The notes under the pieces are model-generated. The model did no database searches and was not told the DNA's origin. It worked only from the letters and a program-made list of their open reading frames with translations. From contig JADIXX010000003.1 of NCBI GenBank assembly GCA_016705575.1, positions 788,500 to 852,499 on the forward strand: a stretch of 64,000 nt of DNA, in the 5' to 3' direction. Source of the DNA: Candidatus Aalborgicola defluviihabitans. Its GTDB lineage: Bacteria; Pseudomonadota; Gammaproteobacteria; Burkholderiales; Burkholderiaceae_C. Below are positions 46,217 through 56,153 of the stretch, piece after piece. How positions within the stretch are numbered: the first letter of the stretch is position 1; each line of letters begins with the position of its first letter. The position numbers and the translations under genes were made by a program.

Positions 46217-47020
46217 TCACATCAGAGAAAAATCGCGCTCAAAACGCATCAGGTGCTGGCCACCGTCTACCAACAAAGTGGTGCCGGTGATGGATTGGTT
46301 TTGCAGTGCAAACAGCACGGTGCTGGCTACGTCTTGCGCCGTGGAGGAGCGCCCCAGGGGCGAGAGCTTGTGCAGCGCTTCAAATTGGGCGTCGCTCAGC
46401 AAGTGGCTGGTAAGGGTCAAGCCCGGTGCCACGCCCACCACGCGCACCAGCGGGCTCAATGCCAGTGCCAACATGGTGTTGGCGGCTTCCAGGGCGGCTT
46501 TGGACAGGGTGTAGCTGAAAAAATCGGGGTTCTGGTTCCACAGCTTCTGGTCCAGCAGGTTGACGACCGCCCCATGGCGCACGGGAGCATCGGGCGTATT
46601 CTGCTGGCGCGACTGCAAGTGGGTGTGCAGTGCCTGCGCCAGCACAATGGCGGCACCGGTATTGCTGCGCATGTGTTTGTCCATGGCGGCAAAACTGAAG
46701 GTGGCGTGGGTGTCGTGCTCGAAGGTGGATGCGCTGTTGACCACGGCATCCACATGGCCAAACGATGCGATCACCGCAGGGAGCAGGCCGTGGACCGCGT
46801 CTTCGTCATCCAGATCAGCATGAAAAGCGGCTGCACCCTTTGTCAACTGGTCACACTCAGCTACTGTTTTGGTAGCATCTTCCATTGAGCTGCGGTAGTG
46901 CACCGCTACCCGCCAGCCCGCTGCCGCCAGGGCCAGGGCAATTTCGCGGCCCAGCCGGCGCGCGGCACCGGTCACCAGGACGGTGGGCACACGGGTTGCG
47001 GCAGGGGAGATATTGGGCAT
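46217..47020 (-). CDS. SDR-family oxidoreductase (pteridine/dihydromonapterin-reductase-like)
   Basis: VLVTGAARRLGREIA (TGxxxxxG), NSAS and YTLSKAALE (YxxxK). Sits upstream of folB. Confidence 0.75.
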   Translation of the reverse strand: MPNISPAATRVPTVLVTGAARRLGREIALALAAAGWRVAVHYRSSMEDATKTVAECDQLTKGAAAFHADLDDEDAVHGLLPAVIASFGHVDAVVNSASTFEHDTHATFSFAAMDKHMRSNTGAAIVLAQALHTHLQSRQQNTPDAPVRHGAVVNLLDQKLWNQNPDFFSYTLSKAALEAANTMLALALSPLVRVVGVAPGLTLTSHLLSDAQFEALHKLSPLGRSSTAQDVASTVLFALQNQSITGTTLLVDGGQHLMRFERDFSLM

Positions 47021-47095
47021 GGACAGAGCTATTGAGCCGGGGTGACAGAATCGGGGATTTTAATGGTCCTCCAATTTCTCAGGAAATCTCCCCAT

Positions 47096-49324
47096 ATGAA
47101 ATGGATATTGCGCCTAGCCGCCGTGGCGGCGCTGGTCGTTACTGTTGTGGTGGCTTATGCCGTCCTTGTGGTGGCGCCGGTCTTGCCGGCTCTGGATGCG
47201 CTGACGGACTACAAACCCAAAATTCCGCTGCGCGTGTACACGGCTGACAACGTGCTGATTGGCGAGTTTGGCCAGGAGCGCCGTGATTTTGTTGCCATCA
47301 AGGACACGCCCGAGCTGATGAAAAACGCGCTGCTGTCGATTGAGGACGCGCGCTTCTATACCCACAGTGGCGTCGACTTTATAGGCCTGGTCCGCGCCCT
47401 GGTGTCGGATTTGACGGGCGGGGTCAAGCAAGGTGCCTCCACCATCACCATGCAGGTGGCGCGCAATTTCTTTCTGACGCAGGAACGCACGCTGAGTCGC
47501 AAGCTCAAGGAGGCGGTGCTCACCTACCGCATTGAAAAGGCGCTGACAAAAGACCAGATTCTGGAGCTGTACATGAACCAGATCTACCTGGGTCAGCGCA
47601 GCTATGGGTTTTCCAGCGCGGCACGCACTTACTTTGGCAAGTCGTTGCCGGAGTTGAGCATTGCCGAGGCCGCCATGCTGGCCGGTGTGCCGCAAAATCC
47701 GGTGCGACGCAACCCGGCCGTTAACCCCGAGCGCGCCAAGCAGCGCCAGCTGCTGGTGCTCAAGAGCATGCTGCGCCTGGGCAACATCACGCAGGCGCAG
47801 TTTGACCAAGCCAGCACCGAGCCGCTGCACATCAACACCGGCCCCATGGTACCGGTGCATGCGGCCTATGTAGCCGAAATGGTGCGCCAGAACATCGTGT
47901 CCGAGTACCAGGACGCCGCTTACACCATGGGTCTCAAGGTCTACACCACCATCCAGGATGCCGAGCAGCAGGCGGCATTTGATTCGGTGCGGCGCAATGT
48001 GCTGGCCTACGACCAGCGCCATGGTTACCGGGGGCCCGAGACCGTGATTGACCTGCCGGCCGACCCCGATGCCCGAGATGACGCCATTGACACGCTGCTG
48101 CTCAAGCACCCCGCCAATGACGATTTGTTGCCGGCCGTGGTGACGGAAGTGTCGGCCAAGTCGCTCAAAGCGGAGCTTGCCAGCGGCGACAGCATCCAGA
48201 TCAGCGGCCAAGGCCTGGGCTTTGCCGCTGGCGCCCTGCAGCCCAATGCCGCCAAGGCGGTGCGTCTGCGGCCCGGTGCCTTGATTCGCGTGGTACAGAA
48301 CAGCAAAAAGGCCTGGACCATGTCTCAGTTGCCAGAAGTGGACGCGGCCTACGTGTCGCTCAATGCCGAGAGTGGTGCCTACCGCGCGCTGGTGGGCGGC
48401 TTTGACTTTCGCCGCAAAAACTTCAACCACGCCACCAGTGCCTGGCGCCAGCCGGGATCTTCCATCAAGCCTTTTATCTACTCAGCGGCCTTGGAGCGCG
48501 GCTTTGCTCCGGCCACGCTCATCAACGACGTACAGCTCTCGGCCACAACCACGGAGAGCCTAAAGTGGGACCCGCGCAACGACGATGACCAATACGCAGG
48601 CCCCATCCGCATGCAGGATGCACTGGCCCAGTCCAAGAACGTGGTATCGGTGCGCATCCTGCGGGCCATTGGCGTGCCCTATGTGCTGGAGTACCTGCCG
48701 CGCTTTGGCTTGAGTGCGGACAAGCAACCCGCCAACCTAACCCTGGCCTTGGGTACCGGTTCCGTCACGCCAGTGCAACTGGCCAGTGCCTATGGTGTGT
48801 TTGCCAATGGCGGCTATTTGGTTAGCCCCTGGCTGGTGCAGCGCGTGACGGACGCCAAGGGCAAGGTGCTGTTTGAATCGGACCGCCCAGCCACCCCACC
48901 GGAAGCGGCCCGTGCCATTGATGCGCGCAACGCCTTTGTCACCGACAGCATGCTGCGCGAAGTCACCCTTTCGGGTACGGGTGCCATGGCCAGCACGCGC
49001 CTGCAACGCCAGGATTTGGCTGGCAAGACCGGTACCACCAGCGATGCGGTGGATGGCTGGTTTTCTGGCTACGCCAATGCCATTGTGTCGGTCGCTTGGA
49101 TGGGCTATGACGAGCCGCGCTCGTTGGGCACGCGCGAGTTCGGCTCTACCCTGGCCTTGCCGATCTGGATCGACGCCATGCGGCCGGCCTTGGCCGCCAG
49201 CACGCCTGTGGAGCGGGTTGTTCCAGACAACGTGGTGTATGTGGATGGCCGCTGGAACTACAGCGAGTTCGATAGCGATGCTGGCGTCAAAACGCTGGGG
49301 CTGGATGACACCACGGCAGATTGA
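47096..49324 (+). CDS. mrcA: Penicillin-binding protein 1A (bifunctional transglycosylase/transpeptidase)
   Basis: GT51 motifs (EDARFYTHSGVD, GASTITMQVARN, RKLKE). Transpeptidase motifs SxxK (GSSIKPF) and KTGT (GKTGTTSD). N-terminal TM anchor. Confidence 0.95.
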   Translation: MKWILRLAAVAALVVTVVVAYAVLVVAPVLPALDALTDYKPKIPLRVYTADNVLIGEFGQERRDFVAIKDTPELMKNALLSIEDARFYTHSGVDFIGLVRALVSDLTGGVKQGASTITMQVARNFFLTQERTLSRKLKEAVLTYRIEKALTKDQILELYMNQIYLGQRSYGFSSAARTYFGKSLPELSIAEAAMLAGVPQNPVRRNPAVNPERAKQRQLLVLKSMLRLGNITQAQFDQASTEPLHINTGPMVPVHAAYVAEMVRQNIVSEYQDAAYTMGLKVYTTIQDAEQQAAFDSVRRNVLAYDQRHGYRGPETVIDLPADPDARDDAIDTLLLKHPANDDLLPAVVTEVSAKSLKAELASGDSIQISGQGLGFAAGALQPNAAKAVRLRPGALIRVVQNSKKAWTMSQLPEVDAAYVSLNAESGAYRALVGGFDFRRKNFNHATSAWRQPGSSIKPFIYSAALERGFAPATLINDVQLSATTTESLKWDPRNDDDQYAGPIRMQDALAQSKNVVSVRILRAIGVPYVLEYLPRFGLSADKQPANLTLALGTGSVTPVQLASAYGVFANGGYLVSPWLVQRVTDAKGKVLFESDRPATPPEAARAIDARNAFVTDSMLREVTLSGTGAMASTRLQRQDLAGKTGTTSDAVDGWFSGYANAIVSVAWMGYDEPRSLGTREFGSTLALPIWIDAMRPALAASTPVERVVPDNVVYVDGRWNYSEFDSDAGVKTLGLDDTTAD

Positions 49325-49327
49325 GTT

Positions 49328-50428
49328 TCACTCCCGCTCCATCGCCCGGCGCTGACGGCCCGCCTTGGTGCGGGACTTCCACTGCGCTAACTGGCTTTGC
49401 CGCTCCAATGCCCCCATGCTGTCACGGCGGGTTTCGCGTAACAGCTTGTGGTAGTTCTTCAGGCGCAGTGGGTTGACGTGTACGCGCACAGCGCAGTCAG
49501 GCTCATCCTGGTGGCTACAGTTGCGAAACCGGCATTGGTCGGCCAGGGTACTGATGTCCTCAAACAGATGCCCCAGCGCCTCGGCATCCACGTCGGGGCG
49601 CAGCGTGCGCACACCGGGGGTGTCGATGACGCAGGCGCCTGTGGGTAGCAGGTGCAGCGAGCGTGCGGTGGTGGTGTGTTTGCCGCGACTGTCGTGTACG
49701 CGCACCGCGCCGGTGTCCTGTGTGGCGCAGCCCAGCAGGCTGTTGGTCAGCGTGCTCTTTCCAGCACCGGATGACCCCAGCATCACCAGGGTTTGGCCCA
49801 TGCCGAGGTACGGCTGCAATGCCTTGGTAGCTGCCTCGCTGCGTGCGTCCACGGCTACCACGTCCACATGGTGTCCCACTCGCGCTCGCACCTGCTGCAT
49901 TCGCTGCGACACCGCATCGGGCGTGCCCGACTGCGCAATGTCGGCCTTGGTCAGCACGACGACCGGCAGCACCCCACTGCTGCCCACCAGGGCCAGGTAG
50001 CGTTCCAGCCGCTGCAGGTTGAAATCCAGGTCCAGTCCCATGACCAGCAATGCGGTGTCCACATTGCTGACCACCGTGTGGCGGCCGCCGTCTGCATCGC
50101 GGCGCACGATCTGGCTCAGTGGCGCAACGCGCTGGGCAAGCCACCATTGCTGGTGTTCGTCCTCGGTGCACAGCACCCAGTCGCCGACCGCCAGCGCAAA
50201 GTCGTGGTCTTTCAGCTCCCGGGTCAGCCGGGTGGTGCACCGTGCGCTGTGTTGCCGTGCGCCATCGTGCACGTCGATCGTTTCGCGGTGCACGGCGGTC
50301 GCACGCATCCACTGCGGGGGACTGTTGTCGTGTAGTGGGCTGGCAGCGGCATCCACGGTGGTCAATGTTTGCGCCATGGCGGGGGTAAGTCCCAGGCGGC
50401 GCAGTGTCTCAAAAGAAAAATCAATCAT
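49328..50428 (-). CDS. rsgA: Ribosome small-subunit-dependent GTPase A
   Basis: Circularly permuted GTPase (VLTKADI ... GSSGAGKSTLTNSL) and a C-terminal zinc cluster (CRFRNCSHQDEPDCAV). Start at MIDFSF (ATG 50428). Confidence 0.9.
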   Translation of the reverse strand: MIDFSFETLRRLGLTPAMAQTLTTVDAAASPLHDNSPPQWMRATAVHRETIDVHDGARQHSARCTTRLTRELKDHDFALAVGDWVLCTEDEHQQWWLAQRVAPLSQIVRRDADGGRHTVVSNVDTALLVMGLDLDFNLQRLERYLALVGSSGVLPVVVLTKADIAQSGTPDAVSQRMQQVRARVGHHVDVVAVDARSEAATKALQPYLGMGQTLVMLGSSGAGKSTLTNSLLGCATQDTGAVRVHDSRGKHTTTARSLHLLPTGACVIDTPGVRTLRPDVDAEALGHLFEDISTLADQCRFRNCSHQDEPDCAVRVHVNPLRLKNYHKLLRETRRDSMGALERQSQLAQWKSRTKAGRQRRAMERE

Positions 50429-50849
50429 GGTGTCTAGCAATGTCTTTGTAGGACCTTTGGTCAGAGCATGCGCAGACGGCACGCCACTGGGCGCAAAAGC
50501 CAAAATGGAATGAGCAGGGCCAGCGGGCGGCCCGACAAAGACAGAGAAGACACAAGCCCTGTGCAACAGGGCAACCACACAACGCTACTTCAATAGGCGT
50601 GGGTCGGCAAACTCAGCTCTCAGGCGGCCAGCGACAAGGGAGTGGGTGTGTGAACAATCATCGAAGCACTCCTTCACGGTTGGTTGAAAACGTTTGCAAA
50701 GCGGCGCGAGGCCGCAGAAGGCGCAATTGTCAGGACGCGTTGTGCGCTTGTCAACACACTGGGCCCGAACCGCTGCGTAGCTGGTGTCGTTTGGCAACAG
50801 TGTGCGGGCACCCGGGTGCCGCTCACCTTGGGAGACAATTGAGGCCGAC

Positions 50850-52034
50850 ATGACCACTCCCTTTACACCCTTGGCAGCAGTGCTTCCAATCATGGAAACC
50901 GACACCATGCCAGACGCCATGCTGGCGCATTTGCAACAAACCATCGACGCCGACGGCGGCTGGATCGGTTTTGACAGATTCATGGCAGAGGCCCTCTATG
51001 CGCCTGGCTTGGGCTACTACAGCCGGGGCTCCACTGTTTTTGGCGTCATGCCACAAGGCTTGCGTGAGGCCGGTGGCGAAGTGGTGGGTGCTGGCAGTGA
51101 CTTTGTGACTGCACCCGAAATGACGCCCCTGTTTGGTCAAGCCCTGGCACGCCAGATTGCACAGGCACTGCAAGTGACCGGCACCGATGAAATCTGGGAA
51201 TTTGGTGCCGGCACGGGCGCACTGGCGCTGCAAATTTTGGACGCACTGGATGCGCTGGGTGTGCCAGTGCGCCGTTACACCATTGTGGATTTGTCGCAGC
51301 CGCTCAAGGCACGCCAGCAGGCCATGCTGCACCAGCATCTGGACCGGGTGCAGTGGGCAGAGGCCCTACCCGATACGATGCGCGGCGTGGTGGTGGGCAA
51401 CGAAGTGCTGGACGCCATGCCCGTCAAGTTGCTGGCCCGCCTGCAGGGTGTGTGGTACGAGCGCGGTGTGGCCTGGAACCCGGACGATGCGGCCCACCCC
51501 CTGGCCTGGGCCGACAGCCCTACCGACCTGCGCCCACCTACTGAGGTGCCGGGCGAGCACGACTACGTGACCGAAATCCACCCGCAGGGCGAGGCCTTTG
51601 TGCGCACCGTGGCGGGCCGCCTGCAGGCCGGCGCTGCCTTCTTGCTCGACTATGGTTTCCCCGAGGCCGAGTATTACCATGAGCAGCGCCACATGGGCAC
51701 CGTGATGTGCCACCGCGCCCACCTGGCCGATGGCAACCCGCTAGTCGATGTGGGCGCCAAAGACATCACGGCCCATGTCAACTTCACTGGCATTGCCGTG
51801 GCCGCGCAAGACAGCGGGATGGAAGTGCTGGGCTACACCAGCCAGGCGCATTTTTTGATCAACTGCGGCTTGGCCGATGCCATGCAGGCGGCATCGCTGG
51901 CGGACCGGTCAGCCGCGCAGAAACTCATTTTTGAGCATGAAATGGGTGAATTCTTCAAGGTCATTGGCCTGACCCAAGGCAACTACTGGGATGCCATGGG
52001 TTTTGCCCGGGGTGACCGTACCCACCGCTTGTAG
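50850..52034 (+). CDS. SAM-dependent methyltransferase, DUF185/NDUFAF7 (MidA) family
   Basis: DFVTAPEMTPLFG, EFGAGTGALA, VVGNEVLDAMPV, DYGF..AEYYH. Start at ATG 50850; an alternative lies at 50784. Confidence 0.75.
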   Translation: MTTPFTPLAAVLPIMETDTMPDAMLAHLQQTIDADGGWIGFDRFMAEALYAPGLGYYSRGSTVFGVMPQGLREAGGEVVGAGSDFVTAPEMTPLFGQALARQIAQALQVTGTDEIWEFGAGTGALALQILDALDALGVPVRRYTIVDLSQPLKARQQAMLHQHLDRVQWAEALPDTMRGVVVGNEVLDAMPVKLLARLQGVWYERGVAWNPDDAAHPLAWADSPTDLRPPTEVPGEHDYVTEIHPQGEAFVRTVAGRLQAGAAFLLDYGFPEAEYYHEQRHMGTVMCHRAHLADGNPLVDVGAKDITAHVNFTGIAVAAQDSGMEVLGYTSQAHFLINCGLADAMQAASLADRSAAQKLIFEHEMGEFFKVIGLTQGNYWDAMGFARGDRTHRL

Positions 52035-52099
52035 CGGTTGGGGGGGGCTTGAATCCGGCGGGCTGCAACCCCACGTGCAGTGGCAAGGAGCCCATTACC

Positions 52100-52540
52100 A
52101 TGACCGAACCGTTGCACATCGTCTGCCCGCACTGCCACACCACCAACCGAGTCCAAACCGCAGATCAGGCCAAAGCGCCCGATTGCGGCAGTTGCCACCA
52201 ACCCCTGTTTGTGGCCCATACCGTTGCACTGGACGAGGCCGCGTTTGACAAGCACATCACCCGCAACCAGATTCCGGTGCTGGTGGACTTTTGGGCACCC
52301 TGGTGCGGTCCGTGCCGCCAGATGGCGCCAGCGCTGGAACAAGCGACGGCACAGTTGGAGCCCAACGTGCGTGTGGTGAAGGTCGATACGGAGGCCGTTC
52401 AATCGTTGGGCGCACGCTTCAACATTCGCAGTATTCCTACCCTGGCCCTGTTTGTCGGTGGACGTGAAGTGGCGCGCCAGGCGGGCGCCATGGGCGCCGC
52501 CGACATCGTGCGCTGGACGCGCTCGCACCTAGGGGCGTAG
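52100..52540 (+). CDS. trxC: Thioredoxin 2 (zinc-finger thioredoxin)
   Basis: N-terminal CPHCH...CGSCH zinc finger, then the WAPWCGPC active site. Confidence 0.92.
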   Translation: MTEPLHIVCPHCHTTNRVQTADQAKAPDCGSCHQPLFVAHTVALDEAAFDKHITRNQIPVLVDFWAPWCGPCRQMAPALEQATAQLEPNVRVVKVDTEAVQSLGARFNIRSIPTLALFVGGREVARQAGAMGAADIVRWTRSHLGA

Positions 52541-52615
52541 GTTGGGGGCGCGGCGCGAGGGCATAGGCAGCGCGAAAATACCGTACAGTGGCAGTCCCAA
52601 CAACCGGGATTTTCC

Positions 52616-54127
52616 ATGCGCCCACTGAGCCAATTGACACTGCTGACCGCTGCCTGCCTTGCAAGCCTACTGGGGGGCTGCGCCGCCACCGGTGGCCCAA
52701 CGGATGCCAAAGCCGCCCGCTTGGAGCGCATCCAGAACGTGGTGGTGATTTACGCCGAGAACCACAGCTTTGACAACATGTACGGATTGTTCCCCGGCGC
52801 TAATGGCATTAGCCGGGCTACGCCGGAGCAAATGACCCAGCTGGACCACGATGGCAAACCGCTCAAGGAACTGGTGGTGTTCGGTCACGACGGCAAACCT
52901 GACGCGCGCTACCCGCGTATGCCCAATGGGCCGTTTCGCATTGACGCGCCGCCAGTTAACCGGCCGCCCACCACCATCGTACCCAGTCCGATCCACAATT
53001 TTTTCCATAACCAGGAACAGATCAACAATGGCAAAAACAATCGGTTTGCCGCCATGTCTACTGTGGGTGGTTGGACTATGGGCTACTACGACGGCAGCCA
53101 GTTCAAAATGTGGCAATGGGCCAAGGAATACACCCTGGCCGACAACTTCTTCATGGGTGCCTTCGGTGGCTCTTACCTGAACCACCAGTATCTGATTTGT
53201 GCCTGCGCACCCGTGTACCCGTCGGCGCCGGCGTCCATTCGCGCCCGGCTGGATGCTCAGGAAAAACTGGAGAAGATGCCGGATTCCCCATCTGCCAACG
53301 ACGGTGCCGTCAAGATTGTCAGTACCGGGGGTGGCACCCAGGTCACGCCCGATGGCTATTCGGTCAATACGGCACAGCCGCCGTACCAGCCCAGCGGCAT
53401 TCCGCCCGCACCGGATGGCTCGCGCACCCTGGCCAACCCCAAGAGTGGGCTATTGCCGGCGCAAAAAGCGACCACCATTGGTGACACCTTGTCCGCCAAG
53501 GGCGTGAGCTGGGTCTGGTACGGCGGTGGCTACAACCGCGCACTGGCCGATGGCATGCAGGCGCCCGACGCCAAGCGCACGGTCATTTACCGCCGTGGTG
53601 ACGGTTCACCCAACTTCCAGCCGCACCACCAGCCGTTTAACTACTACGAACGCTATGCACCTGGCACGGCTGCCCGTGCTGAGCACCTGCGGGGTGGCGC
53701 AGACTTCTTGCAGGCCATCGCCAAAGGCACCCTGCCGGCGGTCAGCTTTTACAAGCCGGCGGGGGTCAACACCCAGCACCCGTCGTATACCGACATCATG
53801 ACGGGCGACGCCCATATCGACGATGTGCTGAACCGCCTCAAGGCCAGTCCGCAGTGGAAAGACATGTTGGTGGTAGTAACCTATGACGAGAACGGTGGCT
53901 ACTGGGACCACGTGCCACCACCCAGCGGCCCGGGCTGGGGCGACCGCTTTGGCCCGGGTACACGCATACCCACGCTGTTGATTGGGCCGTATGTGAAGAA
54001 GGGCGCCATCGATTCAACGCCCATGGACACCACGTCCATCCTGAAATTTATTACCCGCCGCTTTGGACTGCAAAGCCTGCCCGGTGTGCGCGAGAAAATG
54101 GGGGATCTGACTTCTGCGCTGAACTAA
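52616..54127 (+). CDS. acpA: Phosphoesterase-family acid phosphatase (AcpA/PLC-like), lipoprotein-type signal
   Basis: LLGGCAA lipobox-like signal, VVIYAENHSFDNMYG, TYDENGGYWDHVPPP and GPGTRIPTLLIGP. 503 aa. Confidence 0.8.
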   Translation: MRPLSQLTLLTAACLASLLGGCAATGGPTDAKAARLERIQNVVVIYAENHSFDNMYGLFPGANGISRATPEQMTQLDHDGKPLKELVVFGHDGKPDARYPRMPNGPFRIDAPPVNRPPTTIVPSPIHNFFHNQEQINNGKNNRFAAMSTVGGWTMGYYDGSQFKMWQWAKEYTLADNFFMGAFGGSYLNHQYLICACAPVYPSAPASIRARLDAQEKLEKMPDSPSANDGAVKIVSTGGGTQVTPDGYSVNTAQPPYQPSGIPPAPDGSRTLANPKSGLLPAQKATTIGDTLSAKGVSWVWYGGGYNRALADGMQAPDAKRTVIYRRGDGSPNFQPHHQPFNYYERYAPGTAARAEHLRGGADFLQAIAKGTLPAVSFYKPAGVNTQHPSYTDIMTGDAHIDDVLNRLKASPQWKDMLVVVTYDENGGYWDHVPPPSGPGWGDRFGPGTRIPTLLIGPYVKKGAIDSTPMDTTSILKFITRRFGLQSLPGVREKMGDLTSALN

Positions 54128-54236
54128 TGGGGTAGCACTGTAGGAATCAGAGCCCGGTCGCAACCGCCACAACCCGGGCCTTGTGAATCCATTCACCGAT
54201 CTTTGGGCCGCTAGCCCCCGCTATCTGTGCTTCAGC
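53884..54236. repeat. Left copy of a diverged duplication (acpA 3' end + intergenic + cca 3' end)
   Basis: Aligns by eye with 56154-56446. I counted 9 mismatches in the first 114 aligned nt (about 92% identity). The right copy lacks ~66 bp. Confidence 0.85.
54147..54236 (-). pseudogene. cca 3'-terminal remnant
   Basis: The minus strand encodes ...QIAGASGPKIGEWIHKARVVAVATGL-stop. The intact cca ends ...AGASGPKIGEWIHKARVAAVTAGL-stop. Similarity ends at about 54236. Confidence 0.8.
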
Positions 54237-54249
54237 CCCAAGCGGCCTC

Positions 54250-54732
54250 GGGCGCATCGCCCAGCTGGTGCCGCTGCCGCACCTGTATCGCCATTCCGGC
54301 GTTCTGGCTCCGAACTTGCTTTGCGAGCGGCGTGCTCGGTGTTTCTGGTGTTGGCGCAGCGGCCCAGCCAGAGGCACAAGTCAAACCCAAGCCACGTCAA
54401 CCAGCGCACTATCGTGGTCTGCACTGATCGCCCGTGTCTGCGGGGTGTTCCCCCTGATCTGTCCGCACAGTGGTGGCCAGATGCGCATCATTGCGTTCGT
54501 CACATTTAACGCCGATATCCAAAAGATTCTGGATCACATCGGCGTGGACACAGAAGCACCGCGCATCACCCCGGCATGCGGGCCACCGCTGTGGGAAGGT
54601 GAGGGTGCGCAGGAGGCGGGGGCGGGCGTGGAGGCTGAGCCGAATTGGGATACGGCAAACCAATCACCGCCCGAGAAGCCCATGCCCTCACCGCGCAGCA
54701 CGGCGCAACGCACCGAGTCATCGGCGCCGTGA
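54250..54732 (+). mobile_element. IS91-family (rolling-circle, Y2) transposase, C-terminal remnant only
   Basis: HLYRHSGVLAPN ... WSALIARVCGVFPLICPHSGGQMRIIAFVTFNADIQKILDHIGVDTEAPRITPA matches the conserved C-terminus I recall for IS91-type transposases (YHGVLAPN..., W..L..RV...D.L.CP.CGG.MRIIA.I.....I.KIL.HLG). The catalytic N-terminal two thirds are absent. Confidence 0.7.
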
Positions 54733-54802
54733 CGGCTCAGATTGAACGTCTTGTAGCGTGAATAATCTGTGCCTGAATGTGCCAGACCAAACCTCACAGC
54801 AC

Positions 54803-55690
54803 TCAGCGCAGCTTGTCGAATTCAGCTTTCAGCGCGGGCGACATCGGCAGGCCAAGGCCATGCGGGGCCCCGGCATGCGGCTTGATGAACCACTGGCTGT
54901 ACAGCGCATCCGCCTGGCCGTCGCGCACCATCAGGGCCATGGTCTGGTCTACCACGCGCTGCAGCCCGGCGTCGCGCGGTAGGGCGATGACAATGACCTC
55001 GGTGGAAATGCTCTCATTCAGCAACTCCAGGGCTTCGGGTTTGGGCTGTGCTGCACGCTGGCTGAGCAACAGCACCTCGTCGCGCGCGAACGCGTCGGCC
55101 TGGCCCAGCTCGAGTTGGCTTAGCGCGGCCTCGGGACTGACCACACGCGCCACCTTGAAGGTCAGGCCGGCCTGCTTGGCATAGGCCTTGACGGCTGGCT
55201 CGGCGGTGGTGCGGCCCAGCACGGTCACGGTCTTGCCGTTGAGCTGAGAGGCCTTGCTGAGTTTGTCTTTGGCAGGCACCATGAACTTGACGCTGGATAT
55301 AAAAACCGGGTGCGAGACGCCCATTTTTGCGCGCCGCCCGGGCGTGTCAGAGGTGCCCGCGCACATCAGGTCCACGCCGCCACTGGCTACTACGCGCTCG
55401 AGCTGGTCGGCCGGCACAGGGGTGAGATTGACGCGCAACCCGGGTTTACCGGTCTCGATCTTGATGCGTTCGGCCATGGCCCGGCAGATGTCCAGGCTGT
55501 ACCCCACGGGCTGGCGCGTGCCGTCCAGGAACGAGAACGGTGGCGCGTCTTCGCGGTAGCCGAGGTTGATCTGGTCACGCTGCGCAATACGCCTCAGCGC
55601 ATCCTGGGCCCAGCCCGTGGCCGGAAAGGTGGCCGCAGCCAGTGCCAGCAACAGGCCAAAACGAAGCGATGGGAAAACGTGACGGACCAT
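54803..55690 (-). CDS. Amino-acid ABC transporter substrate-binding protein (family 3), orphan
   Basis: Signal peptide (LLLALAAATFPATGWAQ) and a type 2 periplasmic-binding fold (INLGYREDAPPFSF, GYSLDICRAMA, GGVDLMCAGTS). No permease or ATPase gene is adjacent. Confidence 0.8.
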   Translation of the reverse strand: MVRHVFPSLRFGLLLALAAATFPATGWAQDALRRIAQRDQINLGYREDAPPFSFLDGTRQPVGYSLDICRAMAERIKIETGKPGLRVNLTPVPADQLERVVASGGVDLMCAGTSDTPGRRAKMGVSHPVFISSVKFMVPAKDKLSKASQLNGKTVTVLGRTTAEPAVKAYAKQAGLTFKVARVVSPEAALSQLELGQADAFARDEVLLLSQRAAQPKPEALELLNESISTEVIVIALPRDAGLQRVVDQTMALMVRDGQADALYSQWFIKPHAGAPHGLGLPMSPALKAEFDKLR

Positions 55691-55744
55691 GCCGGTACCT
55701 ACTGACTTGTTGTAAAGCCTTTCATTCTTACGGATACCGCCGGC

Positions 55745-56150
55745 TTATGCAAGCGGGTCCACACCCGCAAAACGGGCGGCAAAGCGCGCCAGGCGCAGGA
55801 TGGGCACCGGGGCATCCCGAAAGGCCAGGGTCACGTGGCGCAACACCTTGTCGGCAATGTCTTGGCAGCCGACGTAGGGGCCCACCAGCGCACCGCTGCT
55901 GTGCCAGTGTGCTGCCAGCGCCAATGGTTCTGCGTCAAATTCGGCTGTAGCCCTCGTAAAATCTACGTGAACAGCTATTGAACTAATAGTAAGGTCGCGC
56001 CGGACCAAGTCTTCTTTCAGCGTTACGCCGGGGCTGGCGTGTACGGCAAAACCTTGGTAACCAGGTGCGATGTTGCGCTCAGTGCGGGCCAGGGCGTATT
56101 TCGCGTGGGTTTGGGTGTGCAAAAACACCGTAAAGTCCCGCCCCACCGAT
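55745..56150 (-). pseudogene. Internal fragment of a diverged second cca copy
   Basis: Encodes [42 protein letters not shown]...[40 protein letters not shown]...[10 protein letters not shown]. This parallels roughly residues 47-180 of the intact cca (57107-57515). It has no start and no 3' part. Confidence 0.85.
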
Positions 56151-56153
56151 CAC

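Noticed and set aside
47114-48430. 438-aa minus-strand ORF inside mrcA
   Set aside because: It is antisense to PBP1A, which carries all the transglycosylase and transpeptidase motifs. It has typical high-GC shadow-frame composition.
50585-50851. Cys-rich ~88-aa minus-strand ORF upstream of rsgA (…CVDKRTTRPDNCAFCGLAPLCKRFQPTVKECFDDC…)
   Set aside because: I recognise no family. Third-position GC is noticeably lower than in neighbouring genes, and its start would sit back to back with the methyltransferase start codon. It might be a real small Zn-binding protein, but I cannot support that.
54268-54400. Treating ORF 54268..54732 as an intact small gene
   Set aside because: It corresponds only to the C-terminal part of IS91-type transposases and lacks the catalytic region. 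It is reported as a remnant instead.
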